Source: a virus
Taxonomy: Duplodnaviria; Caudoviricetes
Length of the DNA: 54,688 nt
Virus record (IMG/VR): IMGVR_UViG_3300028557_000048
Coordinates: 1-54,688 of that record
Strand: one strand, 5' to 3'
Part shown: positions 50,601-54,688 of the stretch, piece after piece
Layout of the letters: the number at the start of each line of letters is the position of its first letter
Numbering within the stretch: position 1 is the first letter of the stretch
Made by a program: the position numbers and the translations under genes
The notes under the pieces: model-generated
Seen by the model: only the letters and a program-made list of their open reading frames with translations
Database searches by the model: none
Told to the model about the DNA's origin: nothing

Positions 50601-51991
50601 ACGGAATCGTTATTTCGTTATCAAATGGTACTGGTAATGTTCTTGTGGTTGTAGGCGGACAATCTACTATTCGGGTGAAGACTTCAAGTAGACATCGATT
50701 TGTGGATAACTCAAGAATCAGAATTGATGGAACCACAGGCTCAGTGCAACTGAACAACAACATATATTATGCCAAAGTCATCGACTCGTATACCTTCGAC
50801 CTATACAACACCCCATATGGTTCAACTATAGGATACATTAATGACCCAGTAACTACTATCAATGCTTATACTGGCGGTGGGTACGTTTGGCTTGCGGGTC
50901 TGTTTAATGCAGTAACCACGACTGCCAGTGCAACTACTACGTCTACTAATAGAATAACTGTTGCTTCGACTTTTGGATTGGTCATAGGCACTCCAATCTA
51001 CTTCTCTGAACTTGGATATCTATTTGGTGATACTATAATGGGTGGATTAGTTCAAGGCACAGAATACTACGTGAAAGCAGTAATTGATAGTACTAAGTTT
51101 ACTATCTCAAGTATCCGCGGAGGCGTAGAGACAGTGCTTAGCACTGATAGTGGTGCAATGAACGTAACGCAGTGGTCTCAATCCAACGTTGATCGTTTAT
51201 GGGTCACCGTGAATGGGCTTAGGGTTCCTTCTTCAAAGCTCAGGCTGAACCCCGCAAATGAAATTAGCATCTTGACCGAAATTACTTTCGGGGATGAAGT
51301 GATCATTGGAAGCATGATGCCTCATAGCTCACCCGATCAAGACGTATATATTAATTTTGTTGATCAATCAGAATACCCTACTGTTTATCGAGCAAATGAT
51401 GAAACCAGAACTTGGTTAGTTCAACCGATATATGACCTGAGTACACTGATATATGTATATGATGTGAGCGCCTTGACTAACACTGTGGTTCAGAATGTTA
51501 CCGCCCCAGCAGTCATTGATGGCTATCGTAATATCGGTTTAACCGCAGATAAAAGAAGCATATGCAGTGTAACGGTTCTAAATAATACTACAGGATTGTA
51601 CATTGATAGTCAATACTACAGCGTAGAAGTCGAAGAACTGTCACCGATATTAAAAATTGTACCAGGATCGTATATCAACACCGGAGATTCATTGACTATT
51701 AATACACTTGAAGGAAATACTATTTACGTTAACGGTGAGCGAATCAAGTTTGGTAGTGTTAATTTCGATAACAACACATTAGGCAATTTACAACGCGGTG
51801 CAAATGGTACCGGTGCACAGTTCTATATTCCACTGTACTCTGAAGTATATGGTTTACTTTCCTCTAACAGACTTCCAGAAGCATACTATAATCAGACGTG
51901 GAACTCATATAATTGGAATGTTGTAGAGGGTGATCCGTTGTCGATCAGTGATACCGTATCCGCACAATTCTTACAGGTGGACATAACCTAA
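32657..51991 (+). CDS. Giant (6444 aa) virion structural protein, baseplate wedge / fibre-like
   Basis: Uninterrupted 19.3-kb ORF directly after gp6; 'YINEVKPYHVVIKEF' wedge-like motif; many repeated beta domains and propeller-type repeats. Confidence 0.8.
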   Translation: MARIRTLDFLPEIFQTPTNAQFLAATLDQLVNPPESQRIQGYIGSRLGYGINAVDSYVVEPTKTRRNYQLDPGLVFTKPNESTAQDFITYPGIIDALKISGGVTNNNDRLFNSQFYSWDSFTNLDKIINFDQYYWLPEGPPSVTVSVAPVFSSENYIVTDLASTYDIKVVGSFAGSSNPTLTLLRGGTYTFAVDQESQFWIQGEPGVSGFSPIQANQPVRDVYGVSNNGASAGLVTFNVPSKDAQAQYNFSGNNTVGVVSTLPFDQVNGVLLSELENIDGVTSLDGLTVMFYNNGVVDEIGYTSSYLAETPYDVNDDQIVAPLTLTVTSCNTTSFTTSSTIQLVVNQTITFDNPVFGGVTAGQVYFISAIPTSTTFNISEYIGGPNIVLTPDSGAMVANINQGLYQQGFYSTVAENFYLISYVGNPDNPVLRLTPAGLIPTEQKIIPQYGTEWVARPFYRDINGAINLVPYITAPLDVLYYQDGTTSSKVGVIRIIDSNTTNLLDVDTDIIGQKTFTSPNGIVFTNGLKVSFDGAVVPSRYLTGEYYVEGVGTAIELIPTTSLVCPEKFTIGEFNPWDIAPFDIGNFDIGLYIPVDPDYITIARNSINKNAWSRSNRWFHVAVIQATATYNQNPEILNVLATATNKAKRPIIEFYPNLKLFDSGTFGKPLVDFIDTRCTDALSIVAGTQSYYPDVEVYTEYTGTIGSVVSATTTTVIIPTSDITGEFQIGMYIADTTNILPTNTQITAITINGLNTELTVSWENATTLASAAAASITGSDLNINNYGLFSGARVVFSADADINVRNKIYIVDISEVTSGEPMVITLAEAEEGLRQNNDQIAILRGYTHQGTSFYYDGINWNQAQQKVTVNQAPYFDVFDANGVSLGDPEVYIGTSFSGCKLFAYGLGAGADDPVLAFPVRYSSIANVGDISFDVSLNSDTFSYVSGTEPITQQVNTGYVYSYVGRETFVRHLGWEKAIAPSTQYQVFEFGFNIFRPSTPLNTYVCDIAASPTPSLTNPGWTPVQVFVNNVYQTPDKYTVTIGNSTTKIVLNDTPTESTIIQVLIISDQVSKTAYYTIPINLNNNPLNDDITTANIGDIRLQYRDIFINAPNTTGDLFGSNNYRDLGNLVPYGTAIIQNSASLVLPGTFLRKQNYNLFDALLFNSREYIKYKQLIVDTVNNMDLVQRYLPAQLLDMALDQITDAKSQIQAFFWSDMLPVKSAFRTNTYTFANTLDTTIYPLSKVYNFQTANYDGVLVYLSRIVDNNRVQRQLIKGVDYSVSAESPSLTITLDLQPNDQITINEYNQTYGSYVPNTPTKLGMYPASIPGVVLDSDYSQPTYFIKGHDGSYTKLYGTYIPETQVLVDFRDQALLEFEKRVYNNLKLNAEVPIQRYEVIPGYFRDPTYTWNEFLEIYTPSFLNWVGQNRLNYKTQLYNKNNQYTYNYTSASNKIDKAQIDQGYWRGTYEYFYDTTTPNLTPWEMLGFVDEPSWWTERYGPAPYTSDNGILWADLEAGYVWNNGSSYIIPELARPGLSNIIPVDTAGNLLSPLISIVGNYNPNAFQKDWKVGDDGPVEFSYRRSSSFPFDVMRIFALTRPTDFFNLGVDLDNYKYNTEFEQYLVNDRSHLVVSDVEIYGDGIAKTSYINWIVDYAKQIGLNATQNIKDLLSNLDVRLIYRLAGYSDKTLLNFYVEKGTPNSRNSSLLIPDESYSVLLYDNQPFDKLMFTGIIIQQVPNGWKVYGNSQNFAYFTVLDPLDNGNYEYTAVADITVKTTASYKTTETLVPYGTMFYTAQDVSQFILSYGAWVESKGMKFAEIQNGIELNWTQMVYEFLYWAQTGWENGSVITLNPAATTLSVDTGTSIVQPLTLQQINFILNQNLYPIQSTDMSVSRVGTEFTVNALNQGDTISYAQFNFSNFEHGIVFDNVTLFNDVIYNLVTGLRQNRIKVIGTKSAAWDGTVNAYGFILNQDNITEWSREIKYTKGSIVKYKNKYWTALKIVEPAQLFNEMSWKEIDYNDIQKGMLPNASTRAYESTLYYNRDVANLEQDSNLLGYSLIGYRPRDYLALANLTDVTQVNVYQNMIRNMGTRNAVNAFKGANLPQGGIDYNVYENWAIQSGEYGGLLNENFVEFRINQTNLTGNPSIVSLTTGMPTVGSMQEVELTNLFNYGRSVTDPNILATLDPDTYNIPNSLYPTSGYANFNDVKMSSYYYAGLPRAVDQNGVVVPIQKFYVRDYMWLANFKEKWGIYSWKPVGQIIQVRSNLNGTSTITFSEPHNLTRLEPISIVNFAPNVDGYYIVADLVNLNEVIINFGGDISGQGSLQGQGIGLRFVPQRVATSADIATLDLLEAEFVKNTVWVDENNDGDWAVYRKSINYQYSTELTKTSAVAYGTAVAHSDSIGYLISDSGLGEVYRYAYDATNDIYGIDPQVLSEGTSFGSKIIHQDDIIVITKPDGAANDVWVYIYTLNNSIVSDDLLLYQKILAPFSATHWADEVALSADTNWLYIADSENTLVYVYRKDQILLDAGYFAIGETYNITEVGTTDFTAIGAIDNKVGITFVATGPGTGSGSAMQITYRQSTVINGSLYGLSNTDGFGKALSTNSTGNILAIGAPNRDYSATITDWGTTYVLQRTVQTVESQYTTVGYQPHIFQLAWTPTAGAIRTANAVTSNYIQCNATMTVFDIDTPVVFAGSNLGTTGIDPNVVYYIADIIGNTIALKTSRSTTDIVPLTNGSGLSFSVYVQVNPLYVYVNGTLVQDNNYAVIGSTLLYSGYLLAGDIVDISDNQFNVSQNFNSRFVDRTNIQFGYDIDMTRQGADILVGSPFEIDTKNREGAVYRYTNGGARYGLVIGSTACTVLGPRNLLINGYLVQLNAGNATAIADTINSSNVTNVRASSTTDNRLIIQVVDSALTRYNEKLLISVVDQSTLDELGIQLYTETQIINCPHEAGATQFGSTIKFNEFDSVVIAAPVGTRWTSTTFDFDDDENNNDDTIFDNNATRFLESYTNAGAVYMFDLLTEYNESLTKPSAFVYAQSINATDQDYGNEPRYGTAIDFNNNVVMVGTPYFLPTLTDGQVVIYNNASGIKDWAPYRQSAPVVNIEKIQNTQLFSAETNNTLINLDYMDPLQGKLLGAVRENIDFISSVDPARYNSALSDVSGNKWGTEQIGKIWFNTANVRWVNYHQNDVVYNSKYWGALFPGSDVAVCTWVASFNPPDQYIGPGLPLDPAQYSISAILNATNSAVPVYCFWVRNTGIVFNQQGKTLADSVISSYIANPLSSGIAYMAPLLPNTFALYNSDSYINANDSVFHVGFGASAGNDVSHQEFTLIRENYPDDFLPGFPSFALSQLGEIISPLQAEAVQKNSIPKGLYSRMLDSLAGCDDAGSVVPNPYLPKAVQSGVLARPRQSFFYNRFAALNNYLGYANSVLAQFPIAEIRENASFLFASGEFYNTPDYWEYVNWWAEGYSNNTRSITQVPLNSDLVALCNVVDGTIVTVEQNGAGKFEVYRYDAATMSWTRIGLENGTIQFSTYLWDYSAAKLGFGGDFFDTTAFDLYPSQETYYIVRALNEQIYVDELVEYRNKSLILLFEYIQSETTESQNFLPWLNKTSLVDVSHTIRELRPIEVYQSDNQEFLEGYINEVKPYHVVIKEFLFKYTGIEEYAGAFTDFDLPAGWSSTNRKYISPQLVYGDTSSVYEFNTTSNLWATPDYNEWYTHYGVSLTGETDYEITELRSYVNLGSSYIAVDNAQGFPINGTIKIGDEQIGYSYVDRSLNIIGGLLRGLNNTLVSDHIPGEIVSIDLPAVLVLDGGRGYNNPPKVTAYIDLEKYPQPRTTAQLEAVMSLDSVIGINVIDPGDGYAVLPEIRIESASQISFNSTAINSELHTIQVYAPALRTGDIVQYKDGTLGGSVGRLLNDQWYYVNVLENFPVAVIALFSNVSDAIKNQNRIPIYANSIVSGMSINTGARASAISSAAPVRENNVTLRFDRTTYNSQVVDWSPGAYYGSFFAGSYFNSESIASSSITLDNENPSIDNILASAQGLALEISSVANDRQITWSSFVRYVGQTSSGDNYITLIPQDGNPVTIDPTLVPAAASGGTTGFYVGMPIKFTGATVGGLTDSQIYYVAEVVDEINFTVSATEGGSVFSLTSGTVSAAGLECYVADVTDTAVLTVNYPGILTATATTAGTNVITIPTSEIGTGGTAGFYPGIPLFFPDPTFGGITPNEIYYVTTIVDEQNITISTNQAALTLTVTGTVGISDTVVINDTANLAINDPIIFTSLTGTLVAAGLVSGKTYYVNRIVNSTEITLAEVINGPVVLLNTGSGTGLLTSQADTLQLTTDTGSMTMNVSLPASPGQINGQLFTLYNTSGQYPNLDTASITALIERSVQATIGDGTSAGVNRIAILDAEQGTSNFYVNMPVRFDTAVGGLSTATTYYVIDYSGRLVPDVLNPGNFITQPNIEVFVVSTSSSTNRMTVDTVDTPGTDTLYQGMMIVFSGAALGGVVSTREYYVKDIISQSQFTISDTLAGALDPLAPPVTLTTSNGLMVGTGDPYLVVSATLGGSAVNLTTDTTESRMVQFPNPSGSNPPSFDVSYILGGYRVIIADGSTGFAIDNVLTLSGASVGGTSPNNDLTLTVNTIDDDGSITDVIISGTVPGESNQYYLKVRSPYELEVYSNPLMTVPVSGIDFAYTGFTSTTVTETQAGPTSTITVNNASVFELYDAVVFTGTVAGGIVANQTYYIINISTNSIQLSTTPSGSAITLTTVLATNFTMAKTGSIALLPEPFYFSPSIVRFNNRVYVCAISNNDDTFVFGKWDLLDSGDRRLNAMDRVIGYYRPTVNMPGVDLTQLFEGVEYPNSTYLGNAFEPDQQWPLDTILQDQPFYPTDADITSILYHDDRYLASANLPTSSAIISNAFDEATWQVNRLTNAGVGVTDIIYADDYYVMTSSNPATPIFRSTDGELWSANGYFIPFGAISNTTTTLSSALLTLNSIAYYNNQWCAVGENIIVSADAYIWNQVSDFDPAYQYQLYGVSAVQLPAYSGFVTVGKGLRPDYTTGFTQIVPTNLILYSSTGLNWTAVSTLTNKGLYGISSNNTIAIAVGESGVIYGSANGADWLGINEVTVISVNASNNILNVTNTAGLSINDSVRFSASFSSILAGTTYYIKTIVSSTQVTLSDTSGGSTKTLTVGSPIDQTLMYIYDVTDPIPSTLRDVIYANNVWIAVGDDGTIKTAPNTGLIWTTQTSGTTENLNGIAYDSGALKFTIVGNNSTILESDDNGVTWTDVSVFAVTPAVYDVQGDAFLSGYGPEELVPGVVTDTLAMIVTTSPGTNWPVTEYAHTGYNVISIEVAPESATQTVYSFNNIVRYPVQVFVQILDATTMLGTTLAETEYTIDWINKSITLNTPIGFSPAMEKLRIDVYEVGNGNQLVKSNTDADPIRTNTVTGFDEIYLDCNYSAAIFNGGGIIRPDTNPIQVEVTASDSSNNRYTCASVTEFVVNAAITFTGVVFGGVAEDTVYYVKSISYATNAISISASYNPITGVAGPTLVLTTDTGTMQAIVQTGTGLVWTDPIVYLNGEKLVFGNTGQVTRTNASNNALTINSTYGFTAGLPITFSNSMFGGVIQPQTTYYIATVIDDNEFTISETSGGPILTLTNATGGAVWITNDYAFGIQPNSVQAVMIFATGDYDNSIDYIAYSVFGETEPDQYKYTVPEVQWFIGNGAAATFNLNNYVGDTNPYNAVVEINGVRQTLTQYTIDSDTNTILFYTPPIIGATISVQTYNSTDRQYFDTQYGVTGSPGSSSLSFTVGSTTHLVGTYDQDTPSIQSYDQDTPSIVSYDEDISLLTLSSGNTSSLQVNNAVTFTAPTIGGIVANQTYYIIEIINSTDFVISEQVGGQPFVVTTASGSMAMTSNGLTVAPIANIISTLSVPVATTYATATTTGTNQITVTSTTGFIVDQPVQFYGTGFGNILTDGTVYFVNTIGTGVFTIKDENGIVISLSNGTGNVLVVVGGQSTIRVKTSSRHRFVDNSRIRIDGTTGSVQLNNNIYYAKVIDSYTFDLYNTPYGSTIGYINDPVTTINAYTGGGYVWLAGLFNAVTTTASATTTSTNRITVASTFGLVIGTPIYFSELGYLFGDTIMGGLVQGTEYYVKAVIDSTKFTISSIRGGVETVLSTDSGAMNVTQWSQSNVDRLWVTVNGLRVPSSKLRLNPANEISILTEITFGDEVIIGSMMPHSSPDQDVYINFVDQSEYPTVYRANDETRTWLVQPIYDLSTLIYVYDVSALTNTVVQNVTAPAVIDGYRNIGLTADKRSICSVTVLNNTTGLYIDSQYYSVEVEELSPILKIVPGSYINTGDSLTINTLEGNTIYVNGERIKFGSVNFDNNTLGNLQRGANGTGAQFYIPLYSEVYGLLSSNRLPEAYYNQTWNSYNWNVVEGDPLSISDTVSAQFLQVDIT
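50075..50145 (+). repeat. 30-bp tandem repeat encoding YDQDTPSIxS
   Basis: TATGACCAAGACACTCCTTCAAT at 50075 and 50105, partial third copy at 50135. Confidence 0.85.
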
Positions 51992-51993
51992 AT

Positions 51994-52001
51994 GATAAAT
52001 A
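51994..52001 (+). promoter_or_regulatory. Late promoter GATAAATA
   Basis: Motif 5 nt before ATG 52007. Confidence 0.65.
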
Positions 52002-52006
52002 AAGAG

Positions 52007-52147
52007 ATGAAAGAGCATAAATCAAATAACGAGGAAAAACCGGAACGCAAACCCAATGAATTTGGTGGTATCTATTTCTCTTCTGGTGTAAAGATTTTTG
52101 ATCCAAATTCGCAAGAAGTATTAGTACACACCAGAGGGGATGATTGA
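52007..52147 (+). CDS. Small 46-aa protein (not in ORF track)
   Basis: MKEHKSNNEEKPERKPNEFGGIYFSSGVKIFDPNSQEVLVHTRGDD*; fills the intergenic gap and has a TGATG overlap with the next gene. Confidence 0.7.
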   Translation: MKEHKSNNEEKPERKPNEFGGIYFSSGVKIFDPNSQEVLVHTRGDD

Positions 52148-52767
52148 TGTCTGTGATTACCTTATCGTATAAAGTCGAAGGCTTTCTTAAAATCTATGAC
52201 CCCAATGATGGGGAAGTGTTCGTGGAAAAATCCAATGCGATTAACTACGAAAATATGTCAGAGGCTATCGCAGACACTCTCAGTAGTCGCGGCTACGGAG
52301 AAATCTATCAAATGGCATTCGGTAACGGTGGCGCATCTGTGTCTGAGACCGGAGTGATTACCTATCTTCCTCCTAACACTACAGGACAGAATGCTGCGTT
52401 GTATAATCAAACTTATGCAAAAATAGTCGATGACACTAGTGTCTTCAATCTAGACCCTACTAGAAACAAGATGACAGTCTTTCATACGACCGGACGAACC
52501 TACACTGATATTCTAGTACAATGTTTGCTCGACTACGGCGAACCTGCAGGACAAGCCGCGTTCGACAATAGCACACAAACGGATTCGGCTTATATTTTCG
52601 ATGAATTAGGATTACTGGCTAATTACGGAACTGATAATACGGGAACAGTAATAACTAGACTCTTGACTCACGTAATCTTTCATCCAGTGCAGAAATCATT
52701 GAACAGGCAGATTCAAATCGATTACACCGTCCGCGTGCAATCTTTAACCAACCTGGTGACTATATAA
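52147..52767 (+). CDS. Probable virion/baseplate structural protein
   Basis: 206 aa; 'MAFGNGG', 'FDELGL', 'LLTHVIFHPVQKSLNR.IQIDYTVR'; structural gene context. Confidence 0.65.
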   Translation: MSVITLSYKVEGFLKIYDPNDGEVFVEKSNAINYENMSEAIADTLSSRGYGEIYQMAFGNGGASVSETGVITYLPPNTTGQNAALYNQTYAKIVDDTSVFNLDPTRNKMTVFHTTGRTYTDILVQCLLDYGEPAGQAAFDNSTQTDSAYIFDELGLLANYGTDNTGTVITRLLTHVIFHPVQKSLNRQIQIDYTVRVQSLTNLVTI

Positions 52768-52784
52768 ACGAAGTGAGTTAAGCT

Positions 52785-54688
52785 ATGGCATACACGATTT
52801 TAAAGAGTGACGGTACTGTATTAGCAGTAATTCCTGACGGAACTGTTAATATTGATAGTACTTCTCTTAGTTTGCCTGGCAGAAACTACCCTGGCTATGG
52901 ACAAGTATTTGATACTAACTACGTTCATCATTTAGAAAACTTTGCATATATCTATCCGCCAGCTAATGCATTAGTAGGGCAATTATGGTATAATACAGAT
53001 AATGGTAAACTTTATATCTGTCCTACTGATGGAGAAACCAATCCCAATAATTGGGTTGAGATCATAACAACTGATGGCATCACTGGCAATCTTGCAGTAG
53101 GCAATCTGATCGCTACCGGCAACATCAACGCGAACAACGGGAACTTCACTAATAATGTTAATGCTAATGTTATTACTGCAAACTATCTCAACGTAAATGT
53201 GCTTGCTAATATAGTCAACGCCAACATTACAGGTACAGTTACTGCTACCGCAGTTAACACTATTTCTATTACATCCGGGTCAAGTTCCATTAATGGAAAT
53301 TTAACAGGCGCCTGGACAGTTACCGGTTCCAATACACTCAATGGTGTGTCAGGTACAGCAATGTGGGTCACTGGTGGTAATATTCTTGCAACCGGACTCA
53401 AGACCGATAACTACATGTACGCTAACGGTGTTCCGATAAGTTTCAGCGGAACATATGCTAATTCTAATGTAGCGAGTTACTTGCCGACATATGTCGGCAA
53501 CGTGGGTTTTACAGGCAGTGCCACTACATTTAACGGAAATGTACTAAGCACCGGCGCAAACACTACTCCTGGTACAATTACTGGTAATTGGACATTATCT
53601 CCTGGTTCATTATTGTCTGGGTTAACGAGTATACCTGGAGCAAATGTAACCGGTACGGTTGCCAATGCGACATATTCAGCTTCTGCTGGCACGGCAACAA
53701 GTGCTACTACAGCAGGTACTGTAACTACAGCAGCACAACCCAACATCACTTCTGTGGGTACATTAATTTCGTTGACCGTAACGAACAAAGTAACAGCTGG
53801 TCAGTTACAGGGCGAAGGCGGAAATATCAGTAACTTGACCGCCGGAAACATAGTAGGTGCAGTAGCATTTGCTACTACTGCAAACACGGTAGCTGGTTCT
53901 AACGTAGTAGGTGCAGTAGCACTTGCTACTACTGCAAACACGGTAGCTGGTCCCAACGTTACTGGCAAAGTCGCAAATGCATTCTATGCTGATGTAGCAG
54001 GGTCATCTGGTCCTGCAGACTCTGTTCTCGGTGCTAATGTTATAGGAGCGGTTGCGAATGCTACGTATGCTGCATCTGCTGGTACAGCAGGCACTGTAAC
54101 AACAGCAGCACAACCCAACATCACTTCTGTGGGTACATTAACATCACTAGGAGTCAACGGTACAGTAACAGCAGTTGCATTCACCGCTAATACAGGTGTG
54201 TTCACAGGTAATGGCAGTGGATTAAGTGCTATAGCAGGTGCTAATGTTACCGGTACTGTCTCAAGTGCTACCACAGCAGGCACTGTAACAACAGCAGCAC
54301 AACCCAACATCACTTCTGTGGGTACATTAACATCACTAGGAGTCAACGGTACAGTAACAGCAGTTGCATTCACCGCTAATACAGGTGTGTTCACAGGCAA
54401 CACTACATCTGGTAACTTACTTGGTATTTTTGCCAATGGTAACTCAAATGTTCGCATTCCAGCTGCAAATGGCAATGTTAACATCAGTGCAATCGGAAAC
54501 GCTAACATTGTTGTTATTACTGGTACTGGAGTTAACGTCACTGGTACGTTAGACGCAACTGGCGTCATTACTGGTAATGGTAGCGGAATAAGTGCATTGA
54601 ACGGTAGTAATATTACTACTGGTACAATTGCTGCGGCGCGTGTTGCTACATTAAACCAAAACACAACTGGTTTTGCTGCGACTGTAAC
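52785..54688 (+). CDS. Tail fibre-like protein (runs off the right edge)
   Basis: Manual translation MAYTILKSDGTVLAVIPDG...LENFA..PP.N...GQLWYN, then T/A/G/N-rich repeats 'AGTVTTAAQPNITSVGTL' x3; the frame was still coding at the points checked, up to the window end. Confidence 0.85.
   Translation, partial: MAYTILKSDGTVLAVIPDGTVNIDSTSLSLPGRNYPGYGQVFDTNYVHHLENFAYIYPPANALVGQLWYNTDNGKLYICPTDGETNPNNWVEIITTDGITGNLAVGNLIATGNINANNGNFTNNVNANVITANYLNVNVLANIVNANITGTVTATAVNTISITSGSSSINGNLTGAWTVTGSNTLNGVSGTAMWVTGGNILATGLKTDNYMYANGVPISFSGTYANSNVASYLPTYVGNVGFTGSATTFNGNVLSTGANTTPGTITGNWTLSPGSLLSGLTSIPGANVTGTVANATYSASAGTATSATTAGTVTTAAQPNITSVGTLISLTVTNKVTAGQLQGEGGNISNLTAGNIVGAVAFATTANTVAGSNVVGAVALATTANTVAGPNVTGKVANAFYADVAGSSGPADSVLGANVIGAVANATYAASAGTAGTVTTAAQPNITSVGTLTSLGVNGTVTAVAFTANTGVFTGNGSGLSAIAGANVTGTVSSATTAGTVTTAAQPNITSVGTLTSLGVNGTVTAVAFTANTGVFTGNTTSGNLLGIFANGNSNVRIPAANGNVNISAIGNANIVVITGTGVNVTGTLDATGVITGNGSGISALNGSNITTGTIAAARVATLNQNTTGFAATV
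53847..53954 (+). repeat. 54-bp tandem duplication encoding NxVGAVAxATTANTVAGx
   Basis: Copies at 53847-53900 and 53901-53954. Confidence 0.9.
54084..54397 (+). repeat. 125-bp exact direct repeat, period 189 bp
   Basis: 54084-54208 is identical to 54273-54397. Confidence 0.9.

Noticed and set aside
54084-54397. DGR template/variable repeat pair
   Set aside because: The copies are identical with no adenine-specific mismatches, both are in frame in one gene, and no reverse transcriptase is in the window.
1-54688. Stop-codon reassignment (alternative genetic code)
   Set aside because: Very long ORFs are intact in the standard code, and TAA, TAG and TGA all end genes at sensible positions.

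Overview
The window is part of a large T4-like (myovirus) phage genome using the standard genetic code. The minus-strand head module holds the major capsid (truncated at the left edge), scaffold, prohead protease, an acidic core protein and the portal. Three selfish endonucleases sit in this module: a free-standing GIY-YIG/NUMOD3 gene, an HNH-containing intein in the portal, and a Hef-like PD-(D/E)XK protein. Next come a tape-measure protein with peptidoglycan-hydrolase domains and a divergent gp26/gp51-like pair apparently joined by a -1 frameshift. A ~670-bp gene-free region follows, containing a large structured minus-strand ncRNA/origin candidate. After it lie a Holliday-junction resolvase, gp46/gp47 and a gp55-like late sigma factor (minus strand), then a plus-strand baseplate module (gp53-, hub-, gp5-, gp25-, gp6-like), a 6444-aa virion protein and the start of a repeat-rich tail fibre. 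A late-promoter motif NATAA(A/G)TA or ACTAAATA precedes most units and often sits 5-6 nt from the ATG. All calls come from reading motifs by eye; no database search or folding program was run.
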